Shown here: positions 26,526 through 38,520 of the stretch, piece after piece
Layout: every line of letters begins with the position of its first letter
Numbering within the stretch: the stretch's first letter is position 1
Assembly: GCA_024137785.1 (NCBI GenBank)
Contig: JAHRHZ010000021.1
Coordinates: 20,827,129-20,891,128, forward strand
Reading direction: 5' to 3'
Length of the DNA stretch: 64,000 nt
Source: Ginglymostoma cirratum
Lineage: Eukaryota
Notes under the pieces: model-generated
What the model saw: the letters and a program-made list of their open reading frames with translations, nothing else
Databases searched by the model: none
Told to the model about the DNA's origin: nothing
Position numbers and translations under genes: made by a program

Positions 26526-26660
26526 CAGATTATCTGGTCATTAAATTGTTGTTTGTGAGAACGTAGTGTGTGCAATTTTGCTGCCAGAGTGACTACATTT
26601 CAAATTTTCTTTGGCAAAAAGGCATACTGGTAATCATGAAAGGCATTTTGTAAATTCAAT
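26526..26660 (+). mobile_element. Deu-domain SINE, 3' part
   Basis: CAGATTATCTGGTCATT...GTGACTACATTTCAAA...ATGAAAGGCATTTTGTAAAT continues the element at 24550. Confidence 0.75.
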
Positions 26661-26699
26661 TTTTCATTTTTTCCCATCTTGTAAATCTGCACCAGTTCC

Positions 26700-27146
26700 T
26701 GGACACCCAGTTGCACATTGATCTATGCTGGATCCTGGTTGATTAACAGCTCCAACTTAAGATTTTCGACCTTGGGTTCAAGTTTCTTCATGACCTCGCC
26801 TTTCACTAACTCCATAAGCCCCTGCAGCCTTACAATCCTTCACGTCTCCTTTCTCCTCTAGCCCATTGTACTTTGCCATTTCACTTTGAACTACCACTGC
26901 CATCTGTCTTTTTCAGCCATCCAGGCCATACACCCTGGAAAATTCCCTCCCAGAACATCGTTACCTCTCCACTTCTCTATTTATGACCTTCCTTATCATT
27001 CACCTCTTTCACCAAGCTTTAAGTCAGCAACTTAACATCCCCTTCATTTGCTCAGTGTCAGTTTTTGTCTGTTTTGGAAACTGAAACACCAAAAGCGCAT
27101 TTCCTATGTTAATGCACTATATAATTACAAGTTGGTGCAGTTGTTT
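26700..27146 (+). mobile_element. L2-like LINE 3' end
   Basis: TTTTTCAGCCATCCAGG...TGGAAAATTCCCTCCC (FS...WNSLP-like). Tail GCACTATATAATTACAAGTTG. Confidence 0.55.
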
Positions 27147-29339
27147 CTATGTAGGGTCTAAATTTTAACCTGATCGTGAACTGAAAAGTGATGGATCTAC
27201 ATCAGAAGCCTGGTTTATGCCTTGCTTAATGTTACTCAATTGAAGTAAATCATAAAATCAGGCAAGGTACACAACGGGAAGTTGACTAAACCCACCAATT
27301 TTACGACCCAGCAAGTTAAGTTAGTTACACGATTCTGAAATTGTTAAATGAGAGCACCTGCTGCTGTTAGCCCTTCCCCAGTCATGCGCACAAACCATTG
27401 ATACCCAGTTGTGAAGGGTAAAATTAATAACTACCAGTTAATTTCAATATGGTTTTATCTTGTTTCTGTTCTAGGCTGGCTTTCTTGGAAAGTTTTTAAG
27501 CAAAATTGCTGTTGTTCAGAAGTTTACAATAGCTGCAGGCAATGCTGAAATTGCAGATCTTTGTCATCATAAAGCTGTTTTGTGATAACTTTCAAAAGAT
27601 CCAGGATTCCGAAAAGGCTTAAAGAATAGTTTGCTTTTTCATTTCGTTAAGTAAGGTGAGACTCCAACACAATGTGGACATAGATGATGAGATCTTTTTT
27701 CTTTCACACGCTAAGTACCTACCCCTTTCAAAGACTTAAATTTCATTAGAAACCCTACGGAAAGGGATTTTACTTGTTAATTCATATTCCTTTAGGTCTT
27801 AATGCACAGCATTTTTGTTATAATCCTACTGTGATATCTCCCCATTACCTTTTCTTCACGCCTAGTCAAAAACATAGAGTCGTGCATTGTCCTCCAACTC
27901 TCGTTGTGAGGTTGGACTGCTAAGTAAGGTGATAAATCCTACAGACAATTATGCCTCATTTTCTATCAAATATGGTAATATAAGCAGACACTAGCCATCT
28001 CTTTGAACTTCACTTCTTGATTGCATCTGATCATCTTGCTTTGTGGTTAAACTACCAACCTGTAACCCTGCAGTAAATAGCATCCAGGAGATTAGTCACA
28101 AGGTTAAGTTTAATGATTGAAGGTGGGTTTCTCTTGGCTTTGCTCAAGCCTCCAACAGGACACCAAGAGGTCAAACTGGAGGTCAGCATTACTGACTGAG
28201 TGTTCCAGCTCTGTACTGATTTATTAGTTACACAGAGTTGGATTTGGGAGGAGCTGTAAGAGCAGCCGTTTTGAGTGAATAAAGCACATGTTTGAACCTT
28301 GCAAATAAAATATTGAAGGAGTGTTGGGATTTGGAGAAAAACAAGTGTTTCATCTGCATTTTAATGTCATAAACTGAAGATCCTAATGCTCGTGGGTCAG
28401 CCAGTAAGGAAACAAGGGTTAACTCTAGAAATGCCTCAAGAATTGATGTGCATTTATACTGGGGATGGCTGAGGTATGATTACAAATCTAGAAGTTTCCT
28501 ATCACAAGGGGAGGCACACGTAGCATCATTTCTCAGTAAAATCCTCTCCCATCTGATAGTCACTGGCCATGTTTCTGCATGTTTCTCAGAGTAGATAATA
28601 TTAACATGCTGCCATTTGTAGCTCTCTGTGCAGGGCTCTGTTTCTACCTGTCACCTTCAAAAAACAGTCTTTATATTTCTGCATGAAAATATTCAGATCT
28701 GACTGGGTTATTGGAGGAAGACCATTTATGTTGAGCTGAAAACAAATCTTTATAAAACCCACACCCTGGGAATCCAAAATTACAGGAGGGATTACAGCAG
28801 CTAGCAAAAATAATTCATCTTATTCACGCAGTGCAAAGAAATCTCTTCTGTATTTTATACTTTGCCTATAATTGTCTTTTATAAAACACTCCATATTCAA
28901 ACAGTTTTCTAGGTATCTGATGAAGCATGTGAGTAAGGTCGCTTCAGTGGGAAAATCCATTGGGAAACTGTACCTTCGTGTTGAATAGGGATGGTCAACT
29001 ACGGGCAACTGAAAAATTGGCTGATTAAAGTTATGGTGCAAGAGTTATATCATGTCCAACTTTTTAAAAAGTGAAAGCAGCTATTTGTGCAGCTTGTCTG
29101 CCTTTTGGCAATGGATCAGTCTCCAAAAACAAGGATAACATGCTAAAATGCTTTCTTTTAACTAGTGTCACAACTGGTAGTTATTGTACTGGGTGATGCT
29201 GCTATTACCGGGGCTTGAGGTTATTATTGATGAAGAGAGAATTGTTCCTAACTGATGTATTTACCAAGGATAGCCATGCTTATTGATTGAACAGTAAGGT
29301 AAAGGAGGAGGCTATTGCTTTGAGATCACCTTTTTATGT

Positions 29340-29700
29340 TACTCATTCATGAGATGTACATGTTGTTACCAATTCCTAATTGTCCTTGAGAAGGTTGCAT
29401 CAAACTGCATTCTTGAACCACTGCAACATCTGTGATGAAGCTACTCCTACAGTACTGTTATGAAAAGCATTCCAGCATTTTGACCTGAAACAGTGAAAGA
29501 ATTGCGATATAAATCAAAATTAGGATGGTGTGTGTCTTGACTAGGAATTTGGCAGTGGTGGTGGTCCCATGCAGTACCTTCAGTGCTGGAGGTGGTAGTT
29601 TGGAATATATTGTTAAAGCATCTTGGCAAGTTGCTGTAATGCACCATGTGGATGATAGTGCAACTATTGTACACTGGTGTGAAAGAAGTGTTGAAAATGG
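29340..29700 (-). mobile_element. CR1/L2-superfamily LINE 3' end
   Basis: ORF fragment HHPNFDLYRNSFTVSG. Reverse-complement paralog of 2790-3150. Confidence 0.65.
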
Positions 29701-30934
29701 CCATCTTTTCTGACTGTACACTTAACGGCTCAAAACACATCATGAGTGTGCTTTGTTGAGTTTGTGGAGAGCTTTCCAGTCACTGACGACCTCTCCCAGT
29801 CAGGAAAATTAAGTTGTGAAGTACCCAGGTTTTGTTGTGGTGTCCAAAGTCTGATATAGATGCAGAATCAGCAGCTCAGGAAACTACATATACACTTTCT
29901 GAAGCATTTTTGTCATATAAATGTAACGTTATAAACTCCAGAACCCAAATTTCAGTCTGATTTTCCATTTCTGTTGAAATAAATTCAAATATTTAAGCCA
30001 CTTCTTCTCCTGTGCCTTTCCACAGAGGTATATCTAGGTAAAAGCAATTTGATAGGAAGTCCTGTTTGGGCAGAAAATTTTAAGTTTTATTTTTGTTTCT
30101 CTTGAACCTTACAAACAATAATTTCTCGTGTAAAATATTAAAGTGGCTTGTGAGCATTCAAATGATTCAGTAACAGTTGTTACAAGTGGTGAAAATAGAG
30201 CCAAACACACACCCTGTCTGCATTCAATTTCGGTTCAAATTCATCCCCATGGGGTAAACTGATTATTCTTTTAAAATAATGTCATTCCTGCAAAGAACAT
30301 TCCAACTGCACACCTACCTGAAGTATGTGTCTTTTGAAGCTGCAATGTCGTGTGAAACAAATCTTGAAACTGTTCAAATTTTGCTTCTGCCTCTAAGAAA
30401 TGTATACATTGGAAGAACCATGTTATCCTCTACAGCCCATGGAAGTGTAGTTTCGGTTTTTGTTTTGCCACTTTCAACAGACATCTGGGTGAAAAAGTGA
30501 CAAGAAACACTCCTGCTTATTAATTTAAGCATCTATCTTGGTTTGTGTGACAAAATGAATGAATAGAGATTAAGAGATAACTCTCTAGGGATTTAAAATC
30601 ACCTGTCGTTTGGATGAGGTTTCCCTTTCTAATTATTTGTTCGAGTTGGCCCAATCTAAGACCAATTTCATGATAATTACTTCCCAGTTCCATGTAACAT
30701 ATTCCTATCAGCTCAGGATGAACTCTGATCCTGGAGCATCCTCATGTACTTCGAGTGTTTAAGGGTCCAGGAGCCTTGGTTACTGAGGACAAGGGGCATC
30801 CACTTGTGACCTTGATGTTCCCTGTAAACTGTGGCTGATTGACGTTATCGGCATGCCTATTCATTAACTTCTGTTTTCGGAAGTCGCAACCATGCAGAGA
30901 TCTCGAAGATTCACACAGCAAAACACACAATTAG

Positions 30935-31320
30935 AGGTAGTATTGCTCATGATACCATCGCACAATCCCCTGACTGAAGAGGTATGCAGCTTTAATGCTG
31001 CCCTTTCCTTGACCAGGGCCATGGTGGAGCAGGTAATAGTGCTGCTGAAGAGCAGTACCACTGCTTGGACCATCTGGGGGTGCCCGCCTGCCCATCTGAG
31101 CAGTGTGTGCCACATCTTGATGTAGTGTACTCTGTACAATTGGAGCAGGCAATGTGCTGATCTGATAGATGCCAAGGAACTGGGGGTCTGAGAGCTGTCT
31201 TCTGAGGAGGAGGTTGAGGACATTGAGTTGAAGGAAGCTGTCCTTGACCATAACAGAGCTCAGCTGTGTTGGGTATTACAAGCCCGACAGAACTTTAACG
31301 CCCGATTCCATGAGAGCTAG
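30935..31320 (+). mobile_element. Harbinger (HARBI1-like) DDE transposase C-terminal relic
   Basis: LLMIPSHNPLTEEVCSFNAALSLTRAMVEQVIVLLK resembles WLMTP..NP....E..YN..H..TR..IE...G.LK.RF. Confidence 0.75.
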
Positions 31321-32386
31321 ATACAGTAGACAGTCATGGACCGTAAAGTAGCCATTGATCAAAATGCCAGCATTTGGTTTGCATTTTGGGGGTGAACATC
31401 TGCCTCTGTCGGTTTTCAATCATTTGTGATGTTCTCCTACTGGACAGTGACTAGATGCAGGTCTACAGTAGGCTTTGAGGACAGAGTAGCAGTCACCGAG
31501 AGATGGTGATTATATGGGTGTAGCCACAGCTAGGAAACAATGTGTCCTGGTGGTTAAATTGTGACTACAGTGAGAGAATGGGGCTGTAGGGGTGAGGGAG
31601 TATCAGCCGTACTGTCTGTGTGACGTGGGCGGCCTAGCTTCATGGCTGCTGTGCCATTAAATTGCCCATGAGGAGCACTACTGGATTGTAAATATTTGTC
31701 CTGGTGCAGAGTGGCCTTTCAAAGATGGCATGGGCACAAATGATGCCTGTCTTTGGGTGGATATCCGCTGAGGGGCGAATTGTTCTGGGAATGGCATTAG
31801 GGTTCTAGGAATGGAGGAAGCAGAGATGGAGAGGTTAAAAGCAGGGTGGTGGGTGTGAGGGTGTGGTGTCCTTATGAAGCTCACTATGCCTGATCTCCAT
31901 ACCCTCATCGGGCAACAAGTGCATTTTATCCAGGGTTTGCTCCCTGGCCCACTCCACTCGGCTGACAAGCCACACCCTCCCAGGAATTCTGCATGGCGAT
32001 AGGCTCATTCACTCCAGTGGTGATGGACTACGGCCTCTAACTGAACATTAATTGGCCACTTAAGAATAAGTTGACCATGAACCTTCCTGACCCGAATGTA
32101 ATTCCGGTGGAGGTGAGAAAGCAGCATGGATCGGGGGTGCCATCTCATTAAATGCACTTCCACCTCCTACCTCACCACCTCAAGACCAGAAGACTCCCAC
32201 TTCTGAGTGTAATATACTCATTCTGAAAAGAGTTTTATGGGAGTGAAACTCCTTCATAAACTAATGGTGCTGCTTCAAATCGAAGAGTAAGAGACTGTAT
32301 CTGCTGTATGAGCTCGTGCTTTGATTTGCCCCACCTTCTTTTTGACTGTATGGGCTTTATTTGTAAAGCTGCTGTCACTGTTATTC

Positions 32387-32461
32387 AGAGATAGTAGGAA
32401 CTGCAGATGCTGGAGAACCTGAGATAACAAGGTGTAGAGCTGAATGAACACAGCAGGCCAG
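32387..32461 (-). mobile_element. Penelope-type pLTR fragment
   Basis: GAGATAGTAGGAACTGCAGATGCTGGAGAACCTGAGATAACAAGGTGTAGAGCTG, near reverse complement of about 56897-56970. Confidence 0.8.
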
Positions 32462-34225
32462 ATTATGTGGGGAAACTAATTCATTACTTATCAGTGTTCT
32501 GACTGTCAGGTAAACTTACAGCAGATAAGTTATTTGACTTGGGTAAGGCAGTTGCTCCTGGGACTTCTGGCCTACCTGTGAAGTGAGTGCTAACTGTGCC
32601 TTCTGAACCGTTATACTGAGATTGCAATTTACTGGTTGCAGAACAGGATTCCACATCTATCTTTCTGTCCAGGCTCAGTTCTCAATCTCTGGACAAAGCC
32701 AATTGGAACCAGAGTGCTTGGGCATCATGAAGGAGTTAGAGGGTGATTAAATTTGCAGACAAACACCAATTAATTTACACATTAAAATCCAGAGACCATA
32801 TTTTGGAGAGGAAGTGGAAGGCGGGAGGTGTGGCAAGAGGACAGTTGACAATTCAGATGTGTCTTGGTGATTCTTGCACCACTTTGAAATGTTGAAACAA
32901 AAGCTTGGGAGCATTAATTTTTGAATTTCTCTAGATAAGCAAGCGTGTGACTGAATTCCACAGTGTTCTGAACATTTTCCTCTTGTAATGGCCATACTTC
33001 TTGGGTCCCTAGCAATGCATTAGGGTTAAGTGAACTTTGGTCTGTTCACAGCAGCTGTATTTTTCGCTGTTTTGTTTTAGCTTGGATCCAAACCATCTAA
33101 TGTAATACACACTTGAAGAGGAAGTGTCATGCCTCCGGCTAAGCTGGTAACCTTCCCACCAAGCCATGTGCTACATGATCTAACTGGCTACACTCTACTG
33201 GACAAAGCTATCCCTAGGGCAGGGACAGCTTTGATTTCACATATTTGACTGGAGCATATGTTTATAGTTTGCTTTAAGTCTAAACCTGATCGGGTAATGT
33301 TCAAAAATGCAAAGTCTTTAGTTGAATTTCACCCCAAGTGCTTGAAATTTAAAGGACAAAAATTGCAGAATCGTCTTGCTTTTGATCAGAACTTGATCTT
33401 ATCAGGCATTTTGCTGCACTTTGTGTTGATTGAGTATTTTCAGTATATACTGGACTAAGAATTTCCCTGGAACAAGGTTGTCATTCTACAAATGCTGTCT
33501 AATTCAGTGATTATTTTGTGATCATCAGGTGTCACAAAAATAGAGTACATACACCTAGCCAACTCTCTCCAAAATGAAAAACAACACCATAAATGAATGA
33601 AGCTATATGGTTTTAGGTGTCTTTCTTCACCCTAGTTTTGCTAGTGTTAAGTAGAGATCACTGGACCTTGCTGGTGTACTGCAGAGATCCAGTTCAGCTC
33701 CTTCTGATAGAAAGAGCAGTCTGACATTGGCATATCTTTGCAGACGTACAATCTCCTCAATCTGCAAGGCTGACAATGTCCATTTACAACTGGGTGCACC
33801 TGATAAAGGGAGAACTGCATGACTGTTATTGGCTGCACACTTGTAAAGTGAAAGCACCTTTTTAACAAAAAAAAAGCAAACCATCTAATTTCTTCCGGTT
33901 TCAGAGCTCGAGAAACTTCGATATTGAGTTTAGTACCTTGCAGTAAAATAATAGTGTAGAAATTTAGACAAAATAATCTGAGAGTAAGGGTTTATAAATA
34001 CAGCAATACATGTAATCCATCATTACTGATCCATCATGAAAAGCATTTTCCAGCCTTTCCTAAATATTCTTCATTCAGAGAAAGAATCCACTTAGCTAAT
34101 GATGGAGGCTATGGAATATTTGAACAGCCCTTGGCGTAAGTTGAGGGTGTTCAATGTGGAATTACCTTGCATGTTCAGATTTACCTCCACAGTGTGCGGA
34201 GTCCTTATTTAAATGAGCAGCTGAG

Positions 34226-34428
34226 ATAAAAGGTACTGCAGATGCTGGAGAATCCGAGATAACAAGCATGGGGCTGGATGAACACAGCAGGTCAAGCAGC
34301 ATCATAGGAGCAGGAAAACTTGATGTTTCGGGCCTAAACCTGATGAAGGGTTTAGGCCCGAAACGTCAAGTTTTCCTGCTCCTATGATGCTGCTTGACCT
34401 GCTGTGTTCATCCAGCCCCATGCTTGTT
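34226..34428. mobile_element. Penelope-type fold-back insert with 17-bp TSD
   Basis: Arms 34260-34340 and 34349-34429 are complementary with one mismatch. TTAAATGAGCAGCTGAG at 34209-34225 and 34427-34443. Confidence 0.88.
34340..34367 (+). ncRNA. Minimal hammerhead ribozyme core (Penelope type)
   Basis: CTGATGA-A-GGG-TTTAGG-CCC-GAA-ACGT-C: both catalytic boxes, stem II, palindromic ACGT stem III and a GUC triplet. No 5' stem I strand is evident. Confidence 0.65.
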
Positions 34429-34489
34429 AAATGAGCAGCTGAGTGTGTTTTGTACCACAAGGTCTGTTTCATTTTAGTGAGAAACTATT

Positions 34490-34880
34490 CCAGTGATATC
34501 TGTGCTGTTCAGTCATGTTCATCAGACGGACGATTGCTGTCTACCCAAAAATATTCAGGTCAGTGAACTGGCCATAGGGTCACAGCCTCCTGGGGGCCCA
34601 TACATCACTACGTGGACATCTGCATGCGTGATAGGAAGATGGTGGATATTGAGCCTGGCAACTGGGAGACGGTTGCAGTGACCTCTGAAGGCTGTCTATT
34701 TAGAAGAACACTAGAAGAAGTGAACAGAAATGAACAGCACAACTGGCCAAGCAGAGGGTTCAGAAAGGGAAAAAGAACAGGCCGGCAAATCGTGCACCTT
34801 CTCAAGCTACTGGTGACCTCCACCTCAAATATGGCAGAGGTTGCCTTGACAGAGTGGGTCTCCTGACCCACTGAAGCTAT
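34490..34880 (+). mobile_element. RTE-clade LINE 3' remnant
   Basis: SHVHQTDDCCLPKNIQVSELAIGSQPPGGP, then DIEPGNWETVA. Resembles RTE GHV.RM...RLPK..LYGEL..G.R..GRP. Confidence 0.7.
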
Positions 34881-35759
34881 TGCAGTTGACCATCATTGCA
34901 CAAATCATCTGAACATGTGGAAGGCTGCCACTGAGAGGTTTAAAGTTTTGATATTTAATTTGGCAAATGATTAATAATTCCAATACTCCCATCATTAACA
35001 TTTTAAATATCTTGCTGCTGCAGAATTTCTGTCTTTACCGGAGTTCCTGCTATCACACAGTCAACTTTTCCATTACGCTTATAAATTCCTTTATCTGTAC
35101 TTGTGATGAAAATTTTGCAAGTAAACTCATTTATCTGTGCAATCTGGCTTCTGAATTCTTGAAATACACTCAGGATCCTACTTGGAGTTGTTTCTCATCT
35201 ACCAGGTCTTTTTTCAAACAGAGATCTGGTATCTAAATTAAAAGAACAAAATAGATGTATTTATTGAGTTTATTTAATTTCATCATTCCAATCTTTTATT
35301 TGGAAGGGTTCAGTCTCAAACAAAACCCTGTGCTTGCAATTGCTATTTCAGCTCAGTTGTAATGCTCTAAGTTGAATTTGAATTGTGCAGTCTGATTAAG
35401 TGTACCTAATTTTCCCAAATGCCATTTATTTATCTTCTGGAAACATCTAAACAAAACAAATAGAAGTAAAAGACAAAAGACTGGGGTGCAATTGTCTGAA
35501 GCTTTATTCAGATAAAATTTCATATTGAGTTAAATAAAGCCTAATGCATGACTTCCCAAGGTCAGAGTTCAGGATCCCAAGTGAAGGTACAAACTGAAAT
35601 TGAGGTCCTGAGCTCAGCGGCAACATGGTTACCATGGCACTTTTCAGTTAAAAATAGTTGCGCTCCTGCTTTAACAGGTCCCTGCTCCTACAACCTCCCT
35701 ACTCCGTGCTTACGGATCCCACTGAGGGTTTGCAACAACTTTCAATAATATGGGGTCAC

Positions 35760-35975
35760 AGTAGGAAAAGTTTGGGAAGTATTGGACTTGGGCCTAAAAC
35801 TTCCAGCACTACGCACATAACCTTGAATGTTGTAATACTTCAAGTGCTCATCCAAGTACTTTTTAAAGGTTGTAAGATTACCTACCTCAGTTACCCTCCC
35901 ATGCAGTGCTTCCAAACCTCTGCCATACACTGGGTGAAAAGACTTTTCCTCAAATCTCTTCTAAATCTCTTACCT
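35760..35975 (-). mobile_element. CR1 3' fragment
   Basis: LEALHGRVTEVGNLTTFKKYLDEHL resembles WN.LP..VVEA.....FK..LD. Confidence 0.75.
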
Positions 35976-37420
35976 TGAAAGCAGAAGAGAGACTTAACAT
36001 GAGAGGTGACAGGGAAACATCAGGTCAGGTAATGGTGAAACCATTTTCTCTGACTCTGCAGTTCTCATGATGTTGAGTGTAATGTCTTGTTAATATTTCC
36101 ATCATAAACAAATACACGCATTTATAATGGAGTTGCTTATGTAAATATGAGTGCATTTCTTAAAATCTGCACTTTAAGCCAGAATTTGGTCATGTGGGCT
36201 AATAATACCTTGTGTGGTCTGCTGTCAGAATTCTTTTGATAACAGTCCTATGAAGTACCTCAGAACAATTTTACTACATTAAAGTGATAACTAAATGAAA
36301 ATTTTCATTAGTTATAAAGTTTTTTGTTTTATATAGATGCTGTAATGTTGCCATGAATGATAGTGTGTAGTTGTAGCATGACATGTACGTAATTCCCCTT
36401 AAATGTGCCGTAACGGGTGGAATCCGGTAGTGAGATATGAGCCAATCCCCTTCCGCTTTCCAGCCTAGGATATGTGCAGGAAGGCCCATGGTCAACCTAT
36501 CTACCAGTTCTAATTGATGCCTTTAAGTGGCCAAATAAGCACCTCTTCCTGAGCTGCTGGGATTAACCGAGACTTGCTAATGTGTAACATTCATGGAAGT
36601 GAAATGAGTGGGTGCAGCTTTGGTAGCTGGAGGGTGATATCTGATTAAGGTCATGGACGTTGAGCAAGGGAATGGGAATCGTATTCACTGTCGTTTCTCA
36701 CTGAAACCTCTCTTGCCAGGGCTCTCACCCTGCAAGATCCGCTCTCACCACTTACCTTTGACTTGGGTCCTGAGACTGTTGGTGTGCTCAACAGCCACAG
36801 CCTCCACATGGCACTGCCAAGCACATGAGCAGCCGACTTTGGCCTGCAGTTTCTGATGAGCCAGACTTTCCAGCCGACAGATGACACACCCCACCTAACA
36901 CCATTGGAAGTTTCCATCTTTGTATTTTGGTATTTCCATTATAAATCCAAAATGAATATGGAGACCAATACAAATCAGACTTCCAGTCCTGCCCCACTGT
37001 AAGACCAATGGCCTTCACTACTGCAATGTCATAGGAAGATGGCTAATGCACAAAAATAATGTAGTTATTACCACTGACGTTGAATGGAATGAACCTCAAC
37101 AAAGGGTAGGAAAAGATAAATCTTCCTCATTTAGGAAATTCACAAAATATCAACCATTAACTATGCTGACTGCTGAGGGAGCCAAACCAAAGACAATAAT
37201 CCCAAGGCCAGTTTTTTTTTTTGGGGGGGAGCACGGGAGAAACTTGGGTTAATTTTTTTTAATGATCCTCATAGTCAATCTGACCATGCTGAAAGAGGAT
37301 GCAGTATCCCATCGTTAATGTTCATTGCCATTACCAGACAACTCCCTTTTCATAACTGGACAGATCCTCCCCTTAGGAACTTGCTTTGTTTTTAAAGAAC
37401 ACTAGTGGATTCAATGTAGG

Positions 37421-37616
37421 AACAAATTACTGCAGATGCTAGAATCTGTACAGAAAACAAAAAAACGCTGGAGATCACAGCAGGTCAGGCAGCATCCATG
37501 GAGAGAAAGCAAGCTAATGTTTTGCATCTGGATGACTCTTCTAAACTCACATTAGGTTGCTTTCTCTCCATGGATGCTGCCTGACCCGCTGTAATCTCCA
37601 GCATTTTTTATTTTCA
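37421..37616. mobile_element. Older Penelope-type fold-back insert
   Basis: Arms about 37453-37520 and 37549-37615 are complementary. Starts with the CTGCAGATGCT family motif. Confidence 0.75.
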
Positions 37617-38289
37617 CCAGCAAATTCAAGCCCACCTCAGGTTTTGCTGGTCCACAGAGCTGTAGTTCTGCAAAATAAAAATCAAACCTGGCTCTCTGAC
37701 GTTAATTTAGAAATGTAGCCATTGCTTTTGGAAGATGGGTGAGAATAAAAACCTTGTTGATCTGCTCAGGTGGATTTAAAAGAACCCATCCCTTTGGTAG
37801 AAATGTTAGATGTTCTTCCAGTTTCAGAACCAAGATTTCTCCCTCAGCCAGCACTTTCTAAAATACATTTTATTTTGTTCCTGCACCTGTTGTGTATATT
37901 AGTTTAAACAAGGTAGAAATAAGACATAGGTACAAAAGAAAGCTGTACTGTCCACTAATGATTTTCTACTCATTCAGTGCTGGACTTCACACACTACAGT
38001 CGTCTGTTACCAGGATCTCTGAAATCTTGTTTGTCTATAGCCATACCCCTTTCCCACCAGTAGCTAAGCTCAATCCTAAACTCAAAGATTGACGTCTCAA
38101 TTCATCTATTTTTGCCATACATCTGGTTCTCTTTACGCCTTCTCACTCCACCCTTGCCAGAACTCCCTGGCCCATGGTTTCCTGGACCCAAGTGAATTGA
38201 CTTCAAAGCCTAATTTTCAAACCCCTCTAGGGTCTTGCTTCACCCTCCGTGACCAATCCTCTCCAGCTGCACATCTTGACTCTTCTTGC

Positions 38290-38520
38290 TGACCCAGGAT
38301 TACAACTCATTCCCCACTGCAACTCTGCCGTCATTAGAAGCATTTGACTACTATGATATGATACTTTTGAAATGCCTCCAGAAATCCCTCTACCTTTGCC
38401 ACTTTGCTCCATGATTTCAAAAGTCACCTTTAAAACTCTTCCCTGTGTGCATATGTCTTCCCTCCCACTTTTAAAATTAATTATCTCCATTCCCCTGGTT
38501 TTGTCTTGTTAAGCTTATTT
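38290..38520 (+). mobile_element. Highly decayed L2-like 3' end
   Basis: AGAAGCATTTGACTACTATG...TTCAAAAGTCACCTTTAAAAC (AF......FKSHLK-like). Confidence 0.35.

Noticed and set aside
35882-35889. let-7 seed matches CTACCTCA (also at 6626 and inside HE1 at about 50967)
   Set aside because: Intronic and inside TEs. The functional HMGA2 let-7 sites are in the 3'UTR, which is outside the window.
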